DNA of 64,000 nucleotides from the IMG/VR virus record IMGVR_UViG_3300012926_000004, positions 836-64,835 of that record, one strand, 5' to 3'. The notes beneath the pieces are model-generated. The model saw only the letters and a program-made list of their open reading frames with translations, was not told where the DNA came from and searched no databases. Of the stretch, positions 27,607 through 36,215 are shown piece by piece (within the stretch, counting starts at the first letter, position 1; every line of letters starts with the position of its first letter). The DNA is from a virus. The position numbers and the translations under genes are program-made.

Positions 27607-27675
27607 TGCCGCCAGTGTAGCTGGGCTGGCAGGGTTAGGGATAGAGTTTTACATGGATTTCTGAGGTTCCAGGCC

Positions 27676-27894
27676 TTAGCTCATGCGCTGATATTGATAT
27701 TGGTTCAAGATAGACTGGTTGAAGTAGGCTTTTGGGCGCATGCCTGATGTGGCGAATCCCTCGGCTGTGAGTTGCGGCACCCCTTGATACGTGTAGACCG
27801 GACCTCGATTGAACGTTATGTATAGCGTCTGCGTATCGTCATCGTATTGGACTTGCTGGATATTGCCGCTAGGGTCAGTCGGGATCACGCGCAT
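27676..27894 (-). CDS. KTSC domain protein
   Basis: SGNIQQVQYDDDTQTLYITFNRGPVYTYQGVP...YFNQSI is a KTSC pattern; GAGG RBS before ATG 27894. Confidence 0.85.
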   Translation of the reverse strand: MRVIPTDPSGNIQQVQYDDDTQTLYITFNRGPVYTYQGVPQLTAEGFATSGMRPKAYFNQSILNQYQYQRMS

Positions 27895-27917
27895 GTAGTT
27901 CGCCTCACCTAGACAAC

Positions 27918-27946
27918 ACAATATCATGTAAACTAGGTCGTAACAA
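27918..27946 (-). promoter_or_regulatory. sigma70-type promoter with extended -10
   Basis: TTGTTA-N17-TATTGT with TG-n; upstream of the KTSC gene. Confidence 0.55.
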
Positions 27947-27947
27947 C

Positions 27948-28754
27948 ATGCCAACTATTCCTGCTGCCGGAGCCATGCTACGTGAGGTTTTTCAAGCTAA
28001 CTCTGCAGACGCTGCGGCAACTCCTGTCATTACCCTGGGCACTCTTGCTACGTCGATCGGCTGTTCAGTTACTACTTTGGTGCCGCTGGCGGAAGCCGGA
28101 TTTCTAAGGCTGAAATCAGCGCCGCCGTTGACGAGTCAGAGTTATGTAGAGGTCGTGCCTGAGGCTGCGGTGGTCTGGCTGCGGTCCTGGATCCAGCCGG
28201 TACAGGCCAAGCCGTTGTTTAGTGCTGCGGATCTGGCTGATTTGCTGGAGGTCACCACAGCTGAGGTCGTGAAGGTGGCCGCACAGCATGCGATTCCGAC
28301 AGCCTGGGAGCCGGGGCTGGGCGGGTTCACGTTCTCAGTGTTCGCCGCTCGGCAGCTAGTCCTCGCTGTCGTGCAGTCTCGCCAGATAGCCGTCGAAGCT
28401 CCCAGGTGGGACCGTCAGGCCATGCTCTGGCTTCTGCTCGAAGCTGATCCCGAGGCAGAGTTCCGCCAAGTCCCGTTGACGTATTCCGAAGCAATCGAAA
28501 AAGAGATCACCCGAACTCTGAGTCTGGAGGGACCGGCTAGAAGCTTGCGCGCTGCCGCTTTGATCGAGAGATTCGAGGATGCGCGACGACTGCTGGCGGC
28601 TGCGGCTGCTAGCCACGGCTCTCCGACCGACTCACAGCCCGCTTCTCAGCCCGGCCACGACGCTCCTGCCGACGAGCATGCGTCCGAGAAATACGCGCAC
28701 CGGTTTTTGCGGCTAAGGCCCGTTCCTGCACCTTCCGCCCGTGCTCGCCCTTGA
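27948..28754 (+). CDS. protein with two putative HTH (MerR/Xis-like) domains
   Basis: ITLGTLATSIGCSVTTLVPLAEAG and FSAADLADLLEVTTAEVVKVA; only substantial + gene between 15.5 and 60 kb. Confidence 0.55.
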   Translation: MPTIPAAGAMLREVFQANSADAAATPVITLGTLATSIGCSVTTLVPLAEAGFLRLKSAPPLTSQSYVEVVPEAAVVWLRSWIQPVQAKPLFSAADLADLLEVTTAEVVKVAAQHAIPTAWEPGLGGFTFSVFAARQLVLAVVQSRQIAVEAPRWDRQAMLWLLLEADPEAEFRQVPLTYSEAIEKEITRTLSLEGPARSLRAAALIERFEDARRLLAAAAASHGSPTDSQPASQPGHDAPADEHASEKYAHRFLRLRPVPAPSARARP

Positions 28755-28866
28755 CCGCAGCTTCGAGTTTGCGCGCTGGAATCGGATTGCCTTCCTTGAC
28801 GCCGAGATCCCGATGCAGCTGACCCTTGTGTGCACCAAATGCTTTCGCCATCCATTTCTTAGCCAT
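28609..28866 (-). CDS. small basic phage protein
   Basis: KKWMAKAFGAHKGQLHRDLGVKEGNPIPARKL resembles a widespread small basic phage family (from recall). Confidence 0.65.
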   Translation of the reverse strand: MAKKWMAKAFGAHKGQLHRDLGVKEGNPIPARKLEAAVKGEHGRKVQERALAAKTGARISRTHARRQERRGRAEKRAVSRSESRG

Positions 28867-28868
28867 GA

Positions 28869-29105
28869 TTAGTCTTCCTCCTCTAAGTCCTCTAGAGCTT
28901 TGTTGATGTCTGCTACAACGTCTTCAGCTGGACGCTTGACCAGGAATCCTTCGCCTGTGGTAGGCGACTGGCCAGCAAAGAATATGCTGCATGTGTCGCC
29001 GCCTTCATGTTCCTTGACAGCTACGACCTTGCGTGGCTGAATGCTGAGGTAGCCATCAATATCGATCAGAAGAGCCTGCTTGGTGCGAGTTAGCTGCTGT
29101 CTCAT
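28869..29105 (-). CDS. hypothetical protein
   Basis: tightly packed in the late operon. Confidence 0.6.
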   Translation of the reverse strand: MRQQLTRTKQALLIDIDGYLSIQPRKVVAVKEHEGGDTCSIFFAGQSPTTGEGFLVKRPAEDVVADINKALEDLEEED

Positions 29106-31807
29106 TGCGGGGCCTCTTCATCTTCATCCTGATCCTGGAACAATGGATTGCGCGATTTAATCTTGTTCTTGCCCTTGGCAGCTTCCTTCTCAGCCCGCTG
29201 TTGCATTCTAGTCTTAGAAGCTTCGACTTGTTTTGCCATCTCGTCGATGGAAGCTTGGTCGACATCAGGCTTGTTGGGAGTTTGCTGTTGTTGAGCTTTG
29301 TTGGCCGCAACTCCGGCACCGAGCAGTCCCAGCCACGGGCTCGGACGCTTGAGCTTGCCACGTTTTTCAGCTTCGGTGGCTAGCTGCCGGATCATTTCTT
29401 CGACACCAGTGCGCTGGTCGGCGGGTAGCGCCATAACCTTACGTAAACCTTCAGCAGTAGGCTTACTTAGCTCAGCGATCAACTTCGGCGAGTCCATCAT
29501 GTTGGCGATGATACGCGGACCGAGTGCAATGCCAAGCGTGATCGCGCCAGTGCTAAGCGCTGTGGCTAGCGGGTGAGCGCCTGCGCCGGTTATCGATCGT
29601 GCCAGGCCTTCGATCAGGCCAAGGCCGCTGCCGACTACGCCTGCGATTCGATAAGGCGAGACTTCCCGCATCTTGACTAGCTTGGTCAGCATGTTCAGCT
29701 TGCTAAGTTCCTGGATCTTCTCAGGGGTCAGGTCGGTGATGTCAGCCTTGACAGGTTCAGGTGCAGCAGGTTCCGGCTTGTACTTGGGCTCAGGCACGGT
29801 TACTTGAGCTGGTTCGGCTGGAACTTTAGCTTGAGCTTTAGCTGTAGCAACTTCTGTAGGCAGAGCTTTACGCTGGCGGATCGTATCGCGCAGCTGATCG
29901 ACTAGTTTGCCTGCATTCGGATCGTAATGCGGCGTCAGGCCGTTCGGCTTGCCGGTCAGCATCTGCCGTGCGCGGTTGGCCTCGGCTGGGTTCGAGTCAA
30001 GGAAAGGCTGTGTGGCGTTGTAGGAGTCAGCGGCTTTGATGCCAGCAGCTACAGGCGAGCCAGATCCCGAGGGACCTGTGTTCTCGAAGAACGTATTTTT
30101 ATAAGTCTGCCAGTAGTTCTTGGCGCGAGTCAGCTTCGAGCCCGCGCCATACTCATCAGCCATATGCTTGATCATGGCGTCGGTTTGGTTCTTGACATGA
30201 CGCAGAGCGTCGCGAACATCGCCAGCCATCTGGTATCCGCCCTGACGGATCGCCTTGCCGAGTTCCGAGCTATAACCCATCAGATGGTTGATGTCGATGG
30301 ACTTCTCGGCAGGCGACTCAGCGTCACGAGCTGCATTGTAATTCTCGGAATATTCCCCAACTTCCTTCTGAACTACACCACGCATCGCATCGGTTAGAGT
30401 GGCATAAGTAAACTTGGGGCCAAAGGCCTTTCGCGCTGTCTCATCGTAGAGATTCGTTGTGCCAGCTTCTTCTTTGGCTCGGTTCAGGATGTCCTCGAAG
30501 ATCTTATGTGAACCTTCAGAGCCGAGGTATTTGTCCTGGGCTTCGCCGACAGCTTCAACTAAAGGTGCCATCGGTTCCGTAGCATTGCCAACCTGCTTAC
30601 GAACTGTGTCATATAAGGTATCTACCGCGGCTTTAGCCCCAGCTTGGACCACCGGCAGCCGGCGATAGATCCGGTCGCGCAGTTCCAGCTCCTGACGTGC
30701 AAGCTGACCACGAGACGTATCAGCCTCGGTCGCGTTGTTGGCCGTGTCGACTAGATCCTGATGAGCTTGGTTCGCAGCTTCCTGCTTCTCAGCGAGCCTG
30801 TTCTGGTACTCAGCTTTCTTCTCGATGTTGGTTTGGCGTATGTCCGCGATGTCGTTGGAATGCTTTTCGAGCGCGGTTTGGGTTTTCTCCGCAGCCTTAG
30901 CGGTCTCCTCGACGTTCTTTGCACCGGTTTCGAGAGCGATCTTGCCGACCGAGCTCGGTGAAGTGTTGACGATTGCACGTTGGCCAGTAGCTACTTTGTC
31001 CGCCACCCAGTTCTTGATCTCGGCAGGTGACCGCGTAGCTGCATGCAGCACGTCACCCTGGCCCTGAAACTCAGCAATCGTCCCGACCGGATCATCCAGC
31101 AACTTCTGTTTGATGTCTTTGAGCTCGGCCGTCATTTTATCCTTGGCAGCTTTGATCGTGTCTGCTGAGTCGTAGCCTTCAGCCTTGAGCTTGGCGATTC
31201 CCTCGTCGCCGATAATGGCACCGGTTACGCCGCCTACGACATCAGGGAGCTGCTGGACTACGGCTTTAGCTGTGTCCCAGGGATGGAGCAAGGCGGATGC
31301 CGCGCCGCCGATACGCTTCCGAGCATAGTACTCAGCAACGTTCTCTCCCCCGCCCAGCTTCGGATCGCCGTAGAGGAGTTTGTCCATGTACGTAACTTGA
31401 TCGTCAGGCGTATTGTGCTGGATCGCAGGCCGGGTCAGGTAGCCGATCACGCGATCGCGCCAGCCAGGTTCTTGAGCTGGGACTTCCTGCTTGACGTGGC
31501 CGGCAATAGCGTCGTAATCGATGCCTGAGGTTGCAGCAGGGGACGTTGAAGGCGTAGTAGGCTGACTGGATGCCGGAGCGATCGGGGACGCAGCAGCAGC
31601 CGCCTGGGGGTTCGCAGCAGCAGCTTGCAAGTCAGTACCGGATGCATTGATGAACTGGTTGACGGAAGGCGCGGTTGACTTGGCAGCAGGCTTCGTAACC
31701 TTCACGGCCGGGTGCCCGGCAGGCAGCTTAGCCGGCGGAGGCACCGCAGCCTTCACGCCCTGAGCAATAGCGTCGTAGTCGATCGTGCCTGCGCTCTGGC
31801 CTTCCAT
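29102..31807 (-). CDS. putative internal virion (ejection) protein, large
   Basis: 901 aa, Ala-rich helical; last of three ejection-like genes. Confidence 0.65.
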   Translation of the reverse strand: MEGQSAGTIDYDAIAQGVKAAVPPPAKLPAGHPAVKVTKPAAKSTAPSVNQFINASGTDLQAAAANPQAAAAASPIAPASSQPTTPSTSPAATSGIDYDAIAGHVKQEVPAQEPGWRDRVIGYLTRPAIQHNTPDDQVTYMDKLLYGDPKLGGGENVAEYYARKRIGGAASALLHPWDTAKAVVQQLPDVVGGVTGAIIGDEGIAKLKAEGYDSADTIKAAKDKMTAELKDIKQKLLDDPVGTIAEFQGQGDVLHAATRSPAEIKNWVADKVATGQRAIVNTSPSSVGKIALETGAKNVEETAKAAEKTQTALEKHSNDIADIRQTNIEKKAEYQNRLAEKQEAANQAHQDLVDTANNATEADTSRGQLARQELELRDRIYRRLPVVQAGAKAAVDTLYDTVRKQVGNATEPMAPLVEAVGEAQDKYLGSEGSHKIFEDILNRAKEEAGTTNLYDETARKAFGPKFTYATLTDAMRGVVQKEVGEYSENYNAARDAESPAEKSIDINHLMGYSSELGKAIRQGGYQMAGDVRDALRHVKNQTDAMIKHMADEYGAGSKLTRAKNYWQTYKNTFFENTGPSGSGSPVAAGIKAADSYNATQPFLDSNPAEANRARQMLTGKPNGLTPHYDPNAGKLVDQLRDTIRQRKALPTEVATAKAQAKVPAEPAQVTVPEPKYKPEPAAPEPVKADITDLTPEKIQELSKLNMLTKLVKMREVSPYRIAGVVGSGLGLIEGLARSITGAGAHPLATALSTGAITLGIALGPRIIANMMDSPKLIAELSKPTAEGLRKVMALPADQRTGVEEMIRQLATEAEKRGKLKRPSPWLGLLGAGVAANKAQQQQTPNKPDVDQASIDEMAKQVEASKTRMQQRAEKEAAKGKNKIKSRNPLFQDQDEDEEAPQ

Positions 31808-33958
31808 TTACTTGTGCCCCGCTGCAGCTTCGGCTGCTTTGACTCGTTTGCTGAACTCGTCAGCTTGGGCTTGTGTGTCAAACGTATGCGGCTTGCCTCC
31901 AGCCATGACCGTAACCGGCTTCGGAGCTTCCTGGCCTGGGATCTCCGTCGATCCGATTAGCGGCGCAGGTCCACCTCCAGAAACCATACGCTGGTTGCGT
32001 GCTTGATAGCTTGCAGCCTGACCATTCAAGATATTCTGCGCATCCAACAGCTTCCTATACATCAATCCTGGCGAGTCCTTGCTCGGATCCGGCAGATGCT
32101 CCTGGACGCTCTTGATGAGGGCCATGTTGCGGCCGATTTTAGACCATGGCGCAGTGCCGGCAATCTTGATGAACGAGTTCCACTGATTGACCGCTGTAGC
32201 AAGTGCTCCTGGATCGATACCGAACTGGTACTGGCCATACTTGAACCGCTGGTTGAGCGAATCCATTAGACCACCCTCATCCTTGAACGGTGCAAGCATC
32301 TTGATAGCTTGCTGGAGAGGCGGACCAACGTCTTCCATAGCGTCCGCAGAGAGCCGTTCTTGGTTGGGCACACGCCCACCGACAGTCTGGCCAGGCTGAG
32401 CGATTCCACCAGTGTAAGGATTACCGCCCGCTGCTGGAGCTGAAGCTGGAGGCTGCTCACCACTTGGCTGAGGCTGAGGTGGAGGACTACTTCTAGTCGT
32501 AACTGGATGACCTTTAGCACTCAGCGAGGTAACCGAAACCTGAGTCGGCGTGCCTTGAGGTGTGTAGTTTGATGCAGGCGTGGATGCTCCAGCTCCTGTT
32601 GCCGGCGCACTCGGAGGCAGCCCGCCCGTCGTCGGCGGATTTGCAGGCAGAGCTGGAGCTGTCGTGTTCATCTGCCCTGGAGCATTCCCTTGACGCTGCT
32701 CTGGCAAGCCACTCGTCGGAGCGCCTGGGAAACTCTTTTGGCTAGTCGTCTGGACCTGTACCATCTTGACGCCGCCGTCGGGCTGTGGCACAGCGATCAT
32801 ATGCGTGCCGGTAGTGCTAGAAGCCTGAGCCTCGTTCCATAGTTTACGAGCTTCTAGATATTGCTTGGCGGTGGGCTGCGGCCCGTAGCCTGCAATAGCA
32901 AAGTCACCGAAGCTGCCAACCTTGGGAGGAGCTACGTTCGGCAGTTTGCTTCCCAAAGCACGGTACTTCTCGGACTTCTGGTCAGCAGTCAGCGTTGGGT
33001 CCGCCATGATCTGTCGAGCTAGAGCATCCTTAGCCTGAGCAAGACCTGAGCCTGGCTTACTCAGCATCGTGTTGAGCTGGTCTAGACGGTTCTGCTGTTC
33101 GTCGGTCGGATTCGGGACTCCACGAAGGTTCACCAGCTCGTTTTCGAGATGCTGCGTGCCTTGAGCGGTTTGTGCCGTTTCAAGACCGGTTTGTGCTTGC
33201 GTGCCTGCCGTCTGCGCCGCGGTCTGCACGCGCTGCTGATAAGCCGGAGTGAGGTACGGTGCGATCTGGTGGTACACCGGTGGACCGGTCTGCTGCAGGC
33301 CTTCATAGACTGCCGAGGAAACCTTAGCCGGATCTTGACTCTGGAACGCGCCTTGCAGCTTCTGCATGATTGATTGCTGACCGTTCTTGCCCTTGCCAGG
33401 CTTCTCGACATGCTGGCCATAGAAATCCATCATGGCCTTCCAGGACGTGTCTACACCTTCCTTAGCCTTGATGTAGGCGGGGTCGTCTTGCGGGATTCCT
33501 TTTTGCGCGAGATCACTGAGCTGCCCTGCAGCATTGTTATACAAATTCTGCAATCCGGTAGACTGCTGATGGACTTGTGCTGCCTGTTTGAGGTCATGCA
33601 CAGCCTTACCTTGCATGTAGCCATGCAGAAGTTGATTGCCGAGGAAAGCTGCCGCGCCGAGCTTGCCCGAGCTGCCGAGCTGCTGCGGCGTCATCTGCGG
33701 CTCTGGCGGCAGTGGGTTCTCTATAGGCTGCTGCGTCTGTGGCAGCTGAGCCTGTTGATAAGGCTGTGCTGCATTCGGATCATAGCTGGGAGCATAAGCT
33801 GTGCCGAGTGGCGTCGGAGCTCCGCCCGGAGCAGCTCCACCAGATGCGGCGGTGCCCTCCTCTGCGGCAGCCGCGCCGGCAGCACCGCTAGCCAGATCCG
33901 CAGGAGAAATGTACGGAGGCGGTCCTGTCGTCGAATCGTAACCAGAAGTTGCTGCCAT
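31808..33958 (-). CDS. putative internal virion (ejection) protein
   Basis: 716 aa, Gln/Pro/Ala-rich; podovirus gene order. Confidence 0.65.
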   Translation of the reverse strand: MAATSGYDSTTGPPPYISPADLASGAAGAAAAEEGTAASGGAAPGGAPTPLGTAYAPSYDPNAAQPYQQAQLPQTQQPIENPLPPEPQMTPQQLGSSGKLGAAAFLGNQLLHGYMQGKAVHDLKQAAQVHQQSTGLQNLYNNAAGQLSDLAQKGIPQDDPAYIKAKEGVDTSWKAMMDFYGQHVEKPGKGKNGQQSIMQKLQGAFQSQDPAKVSSAVYEGLQQTGPPVYHQIAPYLTPAYQQRVQTAAQTAGTQAQTGLETAQTAQGTQHLENELVNLRGVPNPTDEQQNRLDQLNTMLSKPGSGLAQAKDALARQIMADPTLTADQKSEKYRALGSKLPNVAPPKVGSFGDFAIAGYGPQPTAKQYLEARKLWNEAQASSTTGTHMIAVPQPDGGVKMVQVQTTSQKSFPGAPTSGLPEQRQGNAPGQMNTTAPALPANPPTTGGLPPSAPATGAGASTPASNYTPQGTPTQVSVTSLSAKGHPVTTRSSPPPQPQPSGEQPPASAPAAGGNPYTGGIAQPGQTVGGRVPNQERLSADAMEDVGPPLQQAIKMLAPFKDEGGLMDSLNQRFKYGQYQFGIDPGALATAVNQWNSFIKIAGTAPWSKIGRNMALIKSVQEHLPDPSKDSPGLMYRKLLDAQNILNGQAASYQARNQRMVSGGGPAPLIGSTEIPGQEAPKPVTVMAGGKPHTFDTQAQADEFSKRVKAAEAAAGHK

Positions 33959-33979
33959 ACTGAGCCGCCTATACCTTTC

Positions 33980-34543
33980 CTAGAAAGCTGTTGCGAGTCC
34001 GCTGCTGAGTGAACCTGCCAGGCCGCCAAGTAAGCCCAGCTGCGATCCCTTGCCTGAGGTAGCGTTCTGGTAGACCGAGTTGTAGCCTTGGTTGGCTGAA
34101 CTCAGACCAGAGATTGCGGTGCCTGCAGAGGAAGTGGACTGGCCAACGCCTTGACCGGCGAGCTGAGCTAGAGCATTGAACGAGTTCAGGTAGCCCGAGC
34201 TGGCGGTCTGGCCAACCTGCGCGCCTTGGTTCACATCAGCCTGCTCCAGCGCCAGGTTCTTCTCGCCGCCTGCAGGAGCGTTGTTCATGATGTTCTGCTT
34301 GGCACCGGCAGTGGCGAGGTCGATCTGCTGCGTGGCCGGCGCAGTCGCTCTAGCTATAGCGTATGGGTCGCCTGTCGAGAGTGTCTGGTAGAAGTTTTCA
34401 GCCTGGCCGAACCCTGGGAAACTGGCATTGAACAGCTTCTGACTATTCGCTGATTGCTGTTGGGCGATCGCAGTCAGAGCGTCCGAATTACTGACGAGCG
34501 AATTCTGTGCGCTATCGGAGAGCTGCGAGCCGCCTTTTCCCAC
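33980..34543 (-). CDS. putative pilot/DNA-transfer protein
   Basis: MGKGGS start, Gly/Ser/Ala/Gln-rich, hydrophobic GLLGGLAG C-terminus. Confidence 0.6.
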   Translation of the reverse strand: MGKGGSQLSDSAQNSLVSNSDALTAIAQQQSANSQKLFNASFPGFGQAENFYQTLSTGDPYAIARATAPATQQIDLATAGAKQNIMNNAPAGGEKNLALEQADVNQGAQVGQTASSGYLNSFNALAQLAGQGVGQSTSSAGTAISGLSSANQGYNSVYQNATSGKGSQLGLLGGLAGSLSSGLATAF

Positions 34544-34553
34544 GTAAAGCCTC

Positions 34554-35534
34554 CTACCGCAGGCCTTGGAGCACTCCTCTAAGACGGTTCACGAAGACTT
34601 CTCGCGGTAGAGTGCTGATCGTGGCTGCAGTTAGGCTGCCGGTAGCATTGTCCAGCAGATAGTTCGGGATCGTGCCAATGTCCACGAAACCGAGCTTGCT
34701 GGCATACTTGGCCGTTAGCCTGTTGCCAGCGTAGCGCACACCGTGGACATTGGCCAAGCGAAATTCCTGAAAAAGGTAGGCTAGGCCTAAGAAGCCAAGG
34801 ACGGACTGCTGTGGCGTACGCCAGGCTTCCTGAAAGAAGGTATAGCCGACGAACATGGAGTTGGAGGTTTTGTTGAACGAGTAGGTCGTGACTGCCGGAA
34901 AACAGAAGCCAAGCGTGTGGAAGTAGGGCTGGATGGCAGCTTCAAAGTCCTCGGGCAGGGGATCCTCTGGGTCGATGGGAGCTGGGTTCGCACGCCATTC
35001 GCCCAGGCTCAGCAGGCCTTGGTTGTGCAGATAGGCGCAGACTGTGTCACAGGTCAAGTCAGCCATACCGCAGAAGAGGTTTGGCAGGGAGCCCAGACGG
35101 CTGCGGCCAGAGTCTTTGGCCTTCTGCCAGAGATGTGGTAGGTAAGGTTGTGGAGTGAAGAATTCAGGCCGGGTGCGGTCGTAGGGCAGCACAGCACAGC
35201 CCTGAAATTGGTAGCAGTTGGCCGCGATCCACGACAGCGGGTCCTCGATAGCCTCGTCGGTGATGACGTCTGGGATGTGGACGTAAGGCAGTTCTGCCTT
35301 GTCGAGGTCGGCGAGGCTGATGTTAGGCATTTTCAGAGCTTCAGTCAGGAACTCTGGTAGAGGAGGAACTGCAGCAGCTACGTCATAAGAAGCTTCGTAG
35401 GCGGCCTCAGATGCAGTCGGCTGCGGCACGATTGGAGCTTCCTGAGCAGCAGCAGTGTCCATCAACGCCTGCGCCCAGCCTGGGATTTTGAGCTCTTCTA
35501 CCTCTACCTCATCTACGTTGTCAACATCAGCCAT
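34554..35534 (-). CDS. GNAT-fold acetyltransferase-like protein with acidic N-terminus
   Basis: VGYTFFQEAWRT...LAYLF...VHG...GNRLTAKYASKLGF resembles RimJ/RimL GNAT; sits before ejection proteins. Confidence 0.65.
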   Translation of the reverse strand: MADVDNVDEVEVEELKIPGWAQALMDTAAAQEAPIVPQPTASEAAYEASYDVAAAVPPLPEFLTEALKMPNISLADLDKAELPYVHIPDVITDEAIEDPLSWIAANCYQFQGCAVLPYDRTRPEFFTPQPYLPHLWQKAKDSGRSRLGSLPNLFCGMADLTCDTVCAYLHNQGLLSLGEWRANPAPIDPEDPLPEDFEAAIQPYFHTLGFCFPAVTTYSFNKTSNSMFVGYTFFQEAWRTPQQSVLGFLGLAYLFQEFRLANVHGVRYAGNRLTAKYASKLGFVDIGTIPNYLLDNATGSLTAATISTLPREVFVNRLRGVLQGLR

Positions 35535-35542
35535 GGCTAGCC

Positions 35543-35845
35543 TCAGACAATCCGCTGCGGTCCAGCTCCAGGAACGAGCAAGCCTGATTGTGATCGCTTA
35601 TGCTGCTCCAACTGTTGCACGACATTGTCTAGGTTAGCTGCAGACTGCCAGATGACTCCAGCGATAGGATTGGCAGGGGTTAGAATGCCTGACTCAATGC
35701 CGATACTCAGCAAGCTAGACAATCCCTTAGCTATCTTGGCTAGAGCTTCTACACCCTGTTCTACGGTGAAACCTGGATAAAGCTTTATATCAATCAGCAC
35801 AGAAGGCGTAGCTTCGCTCGGAAATTCCGTTACATTGTCAGCCAT
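35543..35845 (-). CDS. hypothetical protein
   Basis: AAGGGAG RBS; operon position. Confidence 0.6.
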   Translation of the reverse strand: MADNVTEFPSEATPSVLIDIKLYPGFTVEQGVEALAKIAKGLSSLLSIGIESGILTPANPIAGVIWQSAANLDNVVQQLEQHKRSQSGLLVPGAGPQRIV

Positions 35846-35900
35846 CTAGATCTCCCTTGAGGTGGTGCCAGTCAGCAGGCCTAAGTTCACTGAGGCGATA

Positions 35901-36215
35901 TTACACGATTGCATGTATCGCTGCAATAGGAAGTTCTAGTGGCTGCTCAGCCTTGGTGTGGTGGCTATGGCTATGGCTGCTCTCCCAATCATCCTTCATC
36001 AACCGGATCACGGCATGGTTCTCGACGTAGTGCGTGTCCCAGAACTCCTCGGCATGTTTATGGCAGTAGTAGCCGTGATCGATCTTCCAGCGGACTGTGT
36101 TCGGGCAGTGCAGCCTGGTCGGCAGAATATGTGCGCAGAGTGGTTTGGCTTTGGCATGGCGACCGGCGGGCAGAACAGCAGAAGGCATGACGGCAATTGA
36201 AGCTGTAGCGCTCAT
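35901..36215 (-). CDS. Cys/His-rich hypothetical protein
   Basis: ATGA overlap with tail gene; CAH...HC...CHKH. Confidence 0.5.
   Translation of the reverse strand: MSATASIAVMPSAVLPAGRHAKAKPLCAHILPTRLHCPNTVRWKIDHGYYCHKHAEEFWDTHYVENHAVIRLMKDDWESSHSHSHHTKAEQPLELPIAAIHAIV

Noticed and set aside
33958-33982. Genome-wide TAG reassignment
   Set aside because: Apart from 51555 and this chance in-frame junction, the TAG stops checked (34554, 40360, 41407) are followed by out-of-frame genes or other stops; long ORFs are intact under the standard code
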